A stretch of 55,313 nucleotides of DNA, taken from NCBI GenBank assembly GCA_043800335.1, contig JAZDNC010000037.1, forward strand, positions 1-55,313, written 5' to 3'. Shown here piece after piece: positions 47,678 to 55,313 of the stretch. The notes beneath the pieces are model-generated. The model was not told the origin of the DNA, did not search any database, and saw only the letters and a program-made list of their open reading frames with translations. Each line of letters begins with the position of its first letter. The stretch's first letter is position 1. The position numbers and the translations under genes are program-made. Source of the DNA: Chloroflexota bacterium. GTDB taxonomy: Bacteria; Chloroflexota; Dehalococcoidia; Dehalococcoidales; JAZDNC01.

Positions 47678-49150
47678 ATGAACTACGAGACCATCATCGG
47701 GCTGGAAGTCCACGCTCAGCTAAAGACCGAAAGTAAGATGTTCTGCCGCTGCAGCGCAGACTATCAGGATTCCCCACCCAACACCCATGTCTGCCCAATC
47801 TGTCTGGGAATGCCCGGCGTGCTCCCGACCATCAACGAGCAGGCGGTGGAATACACCATGATGACGGCACTCGCCCTTAACTGCTCTATCTCTGCCTTCA
47901 CCAAGTTCGACCGCAAGAACTATCCCTATCCCGACCTGATGAAGGGCTACCAGATTTCCCAGTATGACGCCCCCATCGGCAAGAAGGGTTATCTCGCCAT
48001 TGAGCTTGACGGCGAAAGAAAGGATATCGGTATCACCCGTGTTCATTTGGAAGAGGATGTTGCCAAGCTCATCCACTCCTCATCTCTTGACGAGGAACCG
48101 CACAGCCTGGTTGATGTTAACCGCTCCGGGGTACCGCTGATGGAGATAGTCTCCGAGCCTGACATGCGCTCGCCCAGGGAAGCCCGCGAGTACCTCACCA
48201 AGCTACACAGTATCCTGCAGTACCTCGGTGTCTCCACGGCTAATATGGAGGAAGGTAGCTTCCGCTGTGATGCCAATATCAGCATCCGCCCCGAAGGGAC
48301 TAAAGAGTTCATGTCCAAGGTTGAAGTCAAGAACATGAACAGCTTCCGGGCGGTCTACCGGGCGCTGGAGTACGAAGCCAAGAGACAGAAGCAGGTAGTA
48401 GCCAGTGGCGGCAGGATAGTCCAGGAGACACGGGGCTGGGTCGAGGAAAAGGGGGAAACGGTATCCCAGCGCAGTAAAGAATACGCCCATGACTACCGCT
48501 ATTTCCCCGAGCCGGATTTACCTCCCCTTGTGCCGAGCCAGGAACTTGTTGAGAAGATAAAAACCAGGCTTCCCGAGCTACCGGAAGCCAGGCGTGACCG
48601 CTTTGTCGCTAAGTACGGACTGCCCATCTATGACGCCAGTCTGCTGACGGGTAGCAAAGCCATGGCTGACTACTTCGAGAACTGTCTAAAGACGGATACA
48701 GCTTCCCGCCTGCCCGAAGATAAAAGGGCTAAGGAGCTGAGCAACTGGCTCCTGGGCGAGGTGAGCCGGATTGTCAATGCATCCGAGTGTGAGCTCGTCG
48801 ATTTCGGAAAGAAAGTCAGTCCTGAGAACCTCTGTGAACTAATCCTTTCCTGCGCCGGAACCATCAACACCCTGACCGGCAAGGCAGTGCTTGAGGAGAT
48901 GTTCCAGAGCGGGGAGAGGGCAGAGATTATAATCAAGGCAAAAGGTCTAGCACAGATAAGCCAGGCGAGCGAACTGGAGGGCGTGGTGAGTCAGGTGATT
49001 GACTCAAACCCACAGGCGGTGGGAGACTTCAGGGCGGGTAAAGAGACGGCGCTCAAGTTTCTGGTCGGGCAGGTGATGCGGCTGACCAAGGGTCGCGCCG
49101 ACCCCAGGCTGGCGGGGGAGCTTCTTACCCGAAAACTCAAGGGGGACTAG
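47678..49150 (+). CDS. gatB: Asp/Glu-tRNA amidotransferase subunit B
   Basis: IGLEVHAQL, FDRKNYPYPD, GVPLMEIVSEPD, DYRYFPEPDL. Confidence 0.97.
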   Translation: MNYETIIGLEVHAQLKTESKMFCRCSADYQDSPPNTHVCPICLGMPGVLPTINEQAVEYTMMTALALNCSISAFTKFDRKNYPYPDLMKGYQISQYDAPIGKKGYLAIELDGERKDIGITRVHLEEDVAKLIHSSSLDEEPHSLVDVNRSGVPLMEIVSEPDMRSPREAREYLTKLHSILQYLGVSTANMEEGSFRCDANISIRPEGTKEFMSKVEVKNMNSFRAVYRALEYEAKRQKQVVASGGRIVQETRGWVEEKGETVSQRSKEYAHDYRYFPEPDLPPLVPSQELVEKIKTRLPELPEARRDRFVAKYGLPIYDASLLTGSKAMADYFENCLKTDTASRLPEDKRAKELSNWLLGEVSRIVNASECELVDFGKKVSPENLCELILSCAGTINTLTGKAVLEEMFQSGERAEIIIKAKGLAQISQASELEGVVSQVIDSNPQAVGDFRAGKETALKFLVGQVMRLTKGRADPRLAGELLTRKLKGD

Positions 49151-49160
49151 GAAGGCTGTT

Positions 49161-49379
49161 ATGAGAATCTATCTTGACATCGCGCTCATCATTATCTCCG
49201 TCGTCTTAATCCTGGCTATCTTGCTTCAGGTGCGCGGCGGCGGACTGGGCAGTATCTTCGGCGAGGGAGGGTCGGTCTTCCGCACCCGGCGCGGTATAGA
49301 AAAGACCCTTTTCCGACTCACCATCATTCTGGTAATATTATTTGTTGCCATATCGCTATTTTCGCTCAAAGTTAGCTAG
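49161..49379 (+). CDS. secG: Preprotein translocase subunit SecG
   Basis: ILLQVRGGGLGSIFG...RRGIEKTL.RLT. Confidence 0.92.
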   Translation: MRIYLDIALIIISVVLILAILLQVRGGGLGSIFGEGGSVFRTRRGIEKTLFRLTIILVILFVAISLFSLKVS

Positions 49380-49470
49380 AGCTGTCTAGATTAGCTAGTA
49401 AAGGAGGTGATGCGGTCAAAGCTAGGTAGGTCGAACGGTATCTTATATAAGAATTTAAGGAGGAGTCATC

Positions 49471-51279
49471 ATGGCACAACAACCGGCAGAAAAGTCCGTC
49501 CAAGGCGGTAAGCATGTTGCCGCCGTCCTCAAAGAAGAGGGAGTGGAATACTACTTCGCTATTGCCGGCGGTCACCTTAACCCGCTGATGGTTGGTCTGG
49601 GTATGGCGGGCATCAAACTCGTCCACATGCGCCATGAGCAGGCAGCCGGCTATGCCGCCGACGCCTACGCCCGCTCTTCGGGCAAGGTTGGCATCTGCAT
49701 GGGCACGGCGGGCCCGGGCATGACCAATATGGTGAGCGCCCTGTGTCAGGCGCAGAGTGCCAAGTCGGCAGTCGTCGCCATCATGGGCCAGCACTCCGGC
49801 GCTGAAGACGGCAGGGGTGCCCTTCAGGAAGCCCGCGCCGACCAGATACTCAATAGCTGTACCAAGTGGACACGGCGTGTTGTCAGCCCCACCAGCCTCG
49901 CCTATTTCACCAAGAAAGCCATTCGTGACGCCCTGACCTATCCTCAGGGACCGGTGGTACTCGAAATCCCGGCCGATATATTAAGGCCAAGGACCACGAT
50001 GTCCCAGCAACAGGGCTACGTACCCAATGCCTATCCCAAACCAGCACCACCCCACGGCGACCCGGCAGCGGTGGAGAAGGCAGTGAAAACGCTCCTGGCT
50101 GCCCAGAAACCAATCATCGCCGGCGGTGAAGCCATCTTCTGGTCTCACGCCGAGAAAGAGCTACTGGACTTCGTTGAACTCACCAACATCCCGGTTATCA
50201 CCAGAAGGACTGCACGCGGCGCCGTCCCCGAAGACCATCCCCTTGCCTTCAGCGCCCGCGCTCGCGGCGCCATTCTAAGGAGCTCCGATGTCGCCGTCAT
50301 TGTCGGCTTGAGCCTGGGCTTCCTCGAGGGCTATGGTGCCTGGGCAAAAGGAAGAAAGCTCATCCAGATAACCGAATCAATGGCCGAGGTTGAGACCACG
50401 ACCGTCACCGACACCATCATCCTGGGTAATCCCAAGGCAGTCTTGACCCAGATGATTGACTGTGTCAAGGACATCACCGGTGGTAAGAAGGTACCCCGGA
50501 AGGAAGCCTGGCTCAAAGAGGTCGATGATTTAAAGGCGGCGGAGAAGAAGCGCATGACGGACGAACTGGAGAAGGTCAAGAACAACGTCCCCATGCACCC
50601 CGCCTGGGTTGCCCAGCAGTGCGTTGACGTTCTGGACAAGGACGCCACCGTTATCCTGGACGCCCGCACCCAGAGCGGCTTCATCACCGAGAGATTCGTT
50701 GCCAAGCACTCCGGCGCAGTGCTGGATGCAGGTCTCACCGCCGGCGTCGGGCATGGCATCGGCATGGGCGTCGGCGCTCAGCTCGCCCGCCCGGGCAAGC
50801 AGGTGCTGGTCATCATGGGCGATGGCGGCACCGGGCTTGGTGGCGGCGACGTTGAGACCGCAGTGCGCTCTCAGCTACCCGTTGTCTACCAGATTAACAA
50901 CAACTCGGTCTGGATGACGACCCGCGGTCCCCTGTATTTCGCGGCAATCCCGGTGGTCGGCCACCAGCCCGATTACTCTCCGTGGTTCATGATGCCGACC
51001 CGCTACGACCAGATGTTCGCCGCAGTCGGCGCCTACACCGAGCGAGTAGAAGACCCATCCAAGGTCCGCGCTGCCATGGAAAGGGCGTTCCAGAAGGCTC
51101 ACTCCGAGAAACGCCCCGCCGTAGTCGACACCGTACTTGACAGAACTACCGGCGATGTGGGCACGGGGCGAACAACCTGGGAAATGCACCGCAAGGGCGA
51201 CATGGCTTTCATGGACCCCGAGGACTGCTCTCCTGAAATCAGGGACCTCCTCTTCCCCGAGCTCGCCAAGAAAAAGTAA
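49471..51279 (+). CDS. Thiamine pyrophosphate-dependent enzyme (ALS / oxalyl-CoA decarboxylase / 2-hydroxyacyl-CoA lyase superfamily)
   Basis: MRHEQAAGYAADAY, AGPGMTN, GALQE, GDG(x26)NN TPP motif. Confidence 0.88.
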   Translation: MAQQPAEKSVQGGKHVAAVLKEEGVEYYFAIAGGHLNPLMVGLGMAGIKLVHMRHEQAAGYAADAYARSSGKVGICMGTAGPGMTNMVSALCQAQSAKSAVVAIMGQHSGAEDGRGALQEARADQILNSCTKWTRRVVSPTSLAYFTKKAIRDALTYPQGPVVLEIPADILRPRTTMSQQQGYVPNAYPKPAPPHGDPAAVEKAVKTLLAAQKPIIAGGEAIFWSHAEKELLDFVELTNIPVITRRTARGAVPEDHPLAFSARARGAILRSSDVAVIVGLSLGFLEGYGAWAKGRKLIQITESMAEVETTTVTDTIILGNPKAVLTQMIDCVKDITGGKKVPRKEAWLKEVDDLKAAEKKRMTDELEKVKNNVPMHPAWVAQQCVDVLDKDATVILDARTQSGFITERFVAKHSGAVLDAGLTAGVGHGIGMGVGAQLARPGKQVLVIMGDGGTGLGGGDVETAVRSQLPVVYQINNNSVWMTTRGPLYFAAIPVVGHQPDYSPWFMMPTRYDQMFAAVGAYTERVEDPSKVRAAMERAFQKAHSEKRPAVVDTVLDRTTGDVGTGRTTWEMHRKGDMAFMDPEDCSPEIRDLLFPELAKKK

Positions 51280-51308
51280 ACATCTTATCTGAAAGCCTGA
51301 GATAAATG

Positions 51309-51340
51309 GGATGAGCCGAGACTCCTCGGCTCATCCTGTT
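51309..51340. terminator. Hairpin between the convergent TPP-enzyme and cysS genes
   Basis: GGATGAGCCGAG-ACTC-CTCGGCTCATCC perfect stem. Confidence 0.7.
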
Positions 51341-51395
51341 ATTATACCTATTGGTTAGAGCGTCCTCTTCACTTTTCGGCAACAGGGCGCTCAGG

Positions 51396-52754
51396 CTACT
51401 TCTGTTTCCAGACACTTCCCTTCGGCGTATCCTCAAGAATAATGCCCAGCTCGCCCAGTCGCTTGCGGATGTTGTCGGCAAGCTGGTACTCCTTAGCCTG
51501 ACGTAGCTCGTTACGTAGAGCGATAAGAAGCTCAATAAAGGGCGCTGCTTCGGTAGTCTTCTCTCTCGTCTTAAACGTAAGACCCATCACTCCCGCCAGT
51601 TCTACAAGCATCTCTCTGGCAGAAGTCGTCTTAAATCCTTCATCCCTCAGGCGGTTAATGTCGCGGGTAAGCTCAAAGAGTATCGCCACCCCCTGGGCGG
51701 TATTAAAATCGTCATCCATGACAGTCAAGAATCTCTCGCGATAGACGGCGAGGTCTACATTTGGAGCTTTACCCTCGCCATCCTCGCCGTGAACTGCCTG
51801 GCGCAGTCTTTCGGCACCCCTCTCCGCCGCCTCAAGGGCGTCCTCGGCGTAGGTGAGGGGACTGCGGTAGTGGGAGCTCAGGACGAAGATACGCAGGGCA
51901 TCGGGGCTGTATTTCTTGAGTATGCCGCTGATGGTTATGATATTGCCCAGGGACTTGCTCATTTTCTCACTGCCGAACTGGAGTAAGCCGTTGTGCATCC
52001 AGTAGCGGACAAAGGGCTTTTTGCCGGTGTAACTCTCGGACTGGGCAATCTCATTTTCATGATGGGGGAAGATGAGGTCCTGCCCGCCGCCGTGAATATC
52101 TATCTGCTCACCGAGATAGCGGAGCGACATGGCACTGCATTCAATATGCCAGCCGGGGCGTCCCTTACCCCAGGGACTTTCCCATGACGGCTCGCCGGGT
52201 TTCGCCGCCTTCCAGAGGGCAAAGTCCATCGGGTGCTCTTTCCCTTCCTCCGGCTCGACCCGGGCACCCGCCATCATGGCATCAAGAGTGCGGTGGGAAA
52301 GCCTGCCGTAGTCAGCGACCTTGAGCACCCGGAAGTAAACACTGCCCTGGACGGGGTAGGCATAGCCCTTTTCAATTAGACCCTGGATTACCTCAATAAT
52401 CTTGTTTATCTCCCCAGTGGCGTAGGGATAGACATCGGCGGGGGTGATGTTGAGCGCTGCCATATCTTCAAGGTAGCTCTGGGTAAACCTTTTCGCCAGC
52501 TCTTCAGCGGGGATGCCCAGCTCTCGCGCCCGGTTGATGATTTTGTCATCAATATCGGTGAAGTTCTGGACATATGTTACCCGGTAACCGCGGTACTTAA
52601 GATAGCGACGGATGACATCAAAGATGATGTAGCTCATGGCGTGCCCGATGTGGGCGTGGTCGTAGGGAGTCACCCCGCAGACGTACATCCTGACCTCGCT
52701 ACCCCGGGGTAGAAACTCCTCTTTCTCGCCCGACTCGGTGTTATAGATTTTCAT
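51396..52754 (-). CDS. cysS: Cysteine--tRNA ligase
   Basis: [36 protein letters not shown]. Confidence 0.97.
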   Translation of the reverse strand: MKIYNTESGEKEEFLPRGSEVRMYVCGVTPYDHAHIGHAMSYIIFDVIRRYLKYRGYRVTYVQNFTDIDDKIINRARELGIPAEELAKRFTQSYLEDMAALNITPADVYPYATGEINKIIEVIQGLIEKGYAYPVQGSVYFRVLKVADYGRLSHRTLDAMMAGARVEPEEGKEHPMDFALWKAAKPGEPSWESPWGKGRPGWHIECSAMSLRYLGEQIDIHGGGQDLIFPHHENEIAQSESYTGKKPFVRYWMHNGLLQFGSEKMSKSLGNIITISGILKKYSPDALRIFVLSSHYRSPLTYAEDALEAAERGAERLRQAVHGEDGEGKAPNVDLAVYRERFLTVMDDDFNTAQGVAILFELTRDINRLRDEGFKTTSAREMLVELAGVMGLTFKTREKTTEAAPFIELLIALRNELRQAKEYQLADNIRKRLGELGIILEDTPKGSVWKQK

Positions 52755-53386
52755 GGCTTACCTTTCTGGTCAATGAGTTTCTCAAGCGCGGCGATTCTCG
52801 TCTCCAGATTTTCCAGTCTTTCTCCCACCGGGTCAGGCAGGTTTTCTACAGTGTCGGTGTCCGGGTTGCGGATTGCCACCACCCTTCCTGGCACGCCGAC
52901 CACCGTGGCGTCAGGCGGCACCGAGCTGACCACCACCGAGCCCGCACCCACTTTGGAATTATCGCCGATGGTGATAGCGCCGATGAGCTTGGCGCCGGCG
53001 CCGACCACAACATTGTTACCCAGAGTGGGGTGGCGCTTGACTCTCTGCATGCTCGTGCCACCCAGGGTTACCCCCTGGTAGAGAACAACATTGTCCCCGA
53101 TTTCGGCGGTCTCGCCGATGACGACCCCCATCCCGTGGTCGATAAAGAAGCCCTCGCCAATCTTAGCCCCGGGGTGTATCTCGATACCGGTCAGAGAGCG
53201 GCTCAGGTTGGAGATAAGACGGGGCAGCAGCGGAATATGCCAGAGAAGCAGACGGTGGGCGAGGCGGTGGAACTGACGGGCGTGAAAGCCGGGGTAGGCA
53301 AGCCAGACCTCGAGCCTATTCACGGCGGCGGGGTCATTGGCAAGAACCGCTTTGACATCTCTGTTAATACTGCTGATTAGTGACAT
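52751..53386 (-). CDS. cysE: Serine O-acetyltransferase
   Basis: [42 protein letters not shown]. Confidence 0.95.
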   Translation of the reverse strand: MSLISSINRDVKAVLANDPAAVNRLEVWLAYPGFHARQFHRLAHRLLLWHIPLLPRLISNLSRSLTGIEIHPGAKIGEGFFIDHGMGVVIGETAEIGDNVVLYQGVTLGGTSMQRVKRHPTLGNNVVVGAGAKLIGAITIGDNSKVGAGSVVVSSVPPDATVVGVPGRVVAIRNPDTDTVENLPDPVGERLENLETRIAALEKLIDQKGKP

Positions 53387-53405
53387 TTAAATCTCCTTTC
53401 CCGAA

Positions 53406-53507
53406 TTAAGTGAGGTGGCATGCCCCGGTTAGCCCGGGGCGCTTACAGATGCACCGCCAGCCTCGGGGAAAGGAGTCCTCTATCTGCCGGATAGTTTCAG
53501 GGTTCAT
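53406..53507 (-). CDS. Putative 33-aa Cys-containing leader peptide upstream of cysE
   Basis: MNPETIRQIEDSFPRGWRCICKRPGLTGACHLT*; ATG overlaps the ispF stop (ATGA); contains an anti-SD complementary to the cysE RBS. Confidence 0.55.
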   Translation of the reverse strand: MNPETIRQIEDSFPRGWRCICKRPGLTGACHLT

Positions 53508-54004
53508 GGTCGTAAACGCAAGGGTCGCTTCGGGGTATTCTCAATCGAGGCAATGGCATAGACAGCGATTGCCTCCCCTTTCGGCGCAATGCCCAGACCG
53601 TTAGAGCTGTGTGCCTTGATGCTCACCAATGCCACCGGTATGCCAAGTGTCTGAGCCAGAGTCTTTCTTATCTCCCCGGTAAAATCACTAAGTCTCGGTT
53701 CATCCGCTAGAACGGTGGCATCAATGTTATTTATCCGCCACCCACCCGCGAGTAGCTCGGCAACTGTCTTCGACAGCAGGGTGAGGCTTGAGATACCCCG
53801 GTAGGCTTTGTCACCAGCGGGGAAGTGACTGCCAATGTCGCCCAGCGCCGCCGCCCCGAGAAGGGCGTCGATAACGGCATGGGTAAGCACGTCACCGTCA
53901 CTCCAGCCCTCCAGTCCAGACCCAAATGGTATGTCCACCCCACCCAGCATCAGTTTTCTGCCGGCGACCAGGGGATGAATGTCGTAGCCGATGCCGAAGC
54001 GCAT
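53504..54004 (-). CDS. ispF: 2-C-methyl-D-erythritol 2,4-cyclodiphosphate synthase
   Basis: MRFGIGYDIH, SDGDVLTHAVIDALLGA, DIGSHFP. Confidence 0.95.
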   Translation of the reverse strand: MRFGIGYDIHPLVAGRKLMLGGVDIPFGSGLEGWSDGDVLTHAVIDALLGAAALGDIGSHFPAGDKAYRGISSLTLLSKTVAELLAGGWRINNIDATVLADEPRLSDFTGEIRKTLAQTLGIPVALVSIKAHSSNGLGIAPKGEAIAVYAIASIENTPKRPLRLRP

Positions 54005-54005
54005 T

Positions 54006-54698
54006 CTATCTCTTCTCCGAACGCCTCCGGAAAAGGGCTTCCGCCAGAAACAGGTCAAGGGGCGTCGTTATCTTGATGTTATCATAGGCACCGGGATACA
54101 GCTTTACCGGGTAGCCCAATTTTTCCACCAGCGAGGCATCATCGGTGACCTCATCTTTCACCTCGCGGTAAGCTCTCTGGATAAGGTCAAAACGAAAGAC
54201 CTGCGGCGTCTGTACCGCCCAGAGCTCGTGGCGGGGCGGTGTCACCCTGACCAGCATATCGTCCCCGGCGGACTTGATGGTGTCGGTTGCCGGCACGGCG
54301 GCGACCGCCGCTCCCGTTTCCCTAGCAGCATCCAGTCCCTCTCGGATAAGTTCTTGAGTCACCAGCGGGCGGGCCCCGTCATGGATGACCACCCACTCAC
54401 ACTCGGTGAGCTTATTGAGGCCAATCTTAACCGAGTCCTGCCGGCGGCGACCGCCCAGATAAACGCCCTTTACCTTGGCGAAGCTCTGTCCTTTAACCAG
54501 ACTCCGCCCCAAGCTCAGGTTCTTGCGGGCTAGCACGATGACAATCTCATCTATCAGCTCAGAGGAATTAAAGACGTCAATCACCCGGGCTAAGATGAGC
54601 TTACCCGCCAGGGGCACCAGAATCTTGTCTACCCCCTCCATCCGCTGGCTCTCCCCGGCGGCGGCGATAACAGCACCGACTCTGCCTGACCTAATCAT
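54006..54698 (-). CDS. ispD: 2-C-methyl-D-erythritol 4-phosphate cytidylyltransferase
   Basis: AAGESQRM, GGRRRQDSV, IHDGARP, QTPQVF, TDDAS, NIKITT. Confidence 0.95.
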   Translation of the reverse strand: MIRSGRVGAVIAAAGESQRMEGVDKILVPLAGKLILARVIDVFNSSELIDEIVIVLARKNLSLGRSLVKGQSFAKVKGVYLGGRRRQDSVKIGLNKLTECEWVVIHDGARPLVTQELIREGLDAARETGAAVAAVPATDTIKSAGDDMLVRVTPPRHELWAVQTPQVFRFDLIQRAYREVKDEVTDDASLVEKLGYPVKLYPGAYDNIKITTPLDLFLAEALFRRRSEKR

Positions 54699-54869
54699 GT
54701 TCAGACTCCACGCTCACATTATAAAGCAAGAAGGCTACATAATCTAGTTTTAGTGCACAGGACTCCACATATAGGTGAGGGAACTCCCATAATAACAACC
54801 ATGATTCAATAGAACTATTGGAGAGGGCTTGCCTGTAACCTGTATAATGTCCCCGGAGGTAACCGTGCT

Positions 54870-55277
54870 ATGTTTGAGGTCATCTATGCGTCTCTGAGCG
54901 GGAACACGAAGCAGATTGCCGAGGCAATTGCCGGGGAGCTTGGGATAAAAGCTGAGGACGTTAAGACGAAAAAGGAGCTCCAGCCGGAAAGCGCTGTCAT
55001 CCTGGGTTCTTACTGTCACGGGGGACCGAGCCGGGAGCTTTTAAGGTTTATCGAGAAAAACGATTTTAAAGGCAGGAAGGTCTTTCTCTTTGGCACCTCG
55101 GGAACCGGTAAGGGAGATGAGCTTGACGGCATGGAAAAGGCACTTGAAGGTAAGGAGTGCCGCGTTCTGGCTAAATTTTGCTGCCGGGGTCGTTTTCTCT
55201 TTGCCAACCGGGAGCACCCTAATCTGGAAGAGCTGGAGAGCGCCCGCAGGTTTGCCCGGCATGTAGCGCAGGTCTAG
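54870..55277 (+). CDS. Flavodoxin family protein
   Basis: YASLSGNTKQIAEAIA FMN loop, LFGTSG. Confidence 0.85.
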   Translation: MFEVIYASLSGNTKQIAEAIAGELGIKAEDVKTKKELQPESAVILGSYCHGGPSRELLRFIEKNDFKGRKVFLFGTSGTGKGDELDGMEKALEGKECRVLAKFCCRGRFLFANREHPNLEELESARRFARHVAQV

Positions 55278-55313
55278 AGACTTACTCTGACGCCCCCGGG
55301 GGACTTGCCACAC

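Noticed and set aside
53387-53503. T-box upstream of cysE
   Set aside because: Too short and lacks the GGTGGNACC antiterminator and stem I motifs; a leader-peptide model fits better

Overview
A 55.3-kb bacterial chromosomal segment. A Chloroflexota (Dehalococcoidia-like) origin is inferred from the EF-Tu CxCx4CxxC insertion, a GAAC-N4-GTTC box upstream of lexA, and the absence of rpoB after rplL. Most of it is housekeeping: pabB-pabA-pabC, tatA, a sirtuin, panE, Na+-decarboxylase beta/gamma subunits, nadE, plsC-ispH, trkH-trkA, four tRNAs, tuf-rpmG-secE-nusG-rplK-rplA-rplJ-rplL, yifB/comM, degV, two family III CoA-transferases, mfd, argC, ilvE, lexA, gatB-secG, a TPP enzyme and ispD-ispF-cysE-cysS. 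Visibly AT-richer inserts carry (i) a PD-(D/E)xK nuclease plus RNase J-like beta-CASP nuclease pair inside the tRNA-tuf operon (candidate defence system), (ii) a DUF3800 gene with a structured leader, and (iii) a DUF433/DUF5615 toxin-antitoxin pair behind lexA. Other notable items are an unannotated Cys-codon leader ORF with an anti-SD in front of cysE-cysS (candidate Cys-sensing translational attenuator), an EF-Tu with substitutions at normally invariant GTPase residues, nested palindromic repeats in intergenic spacers, and a frameshifted MFS gene. No rRNA, CRISPR array, integrase or transposase was found. All calls come from reading motifs by eye; no database searches were run.
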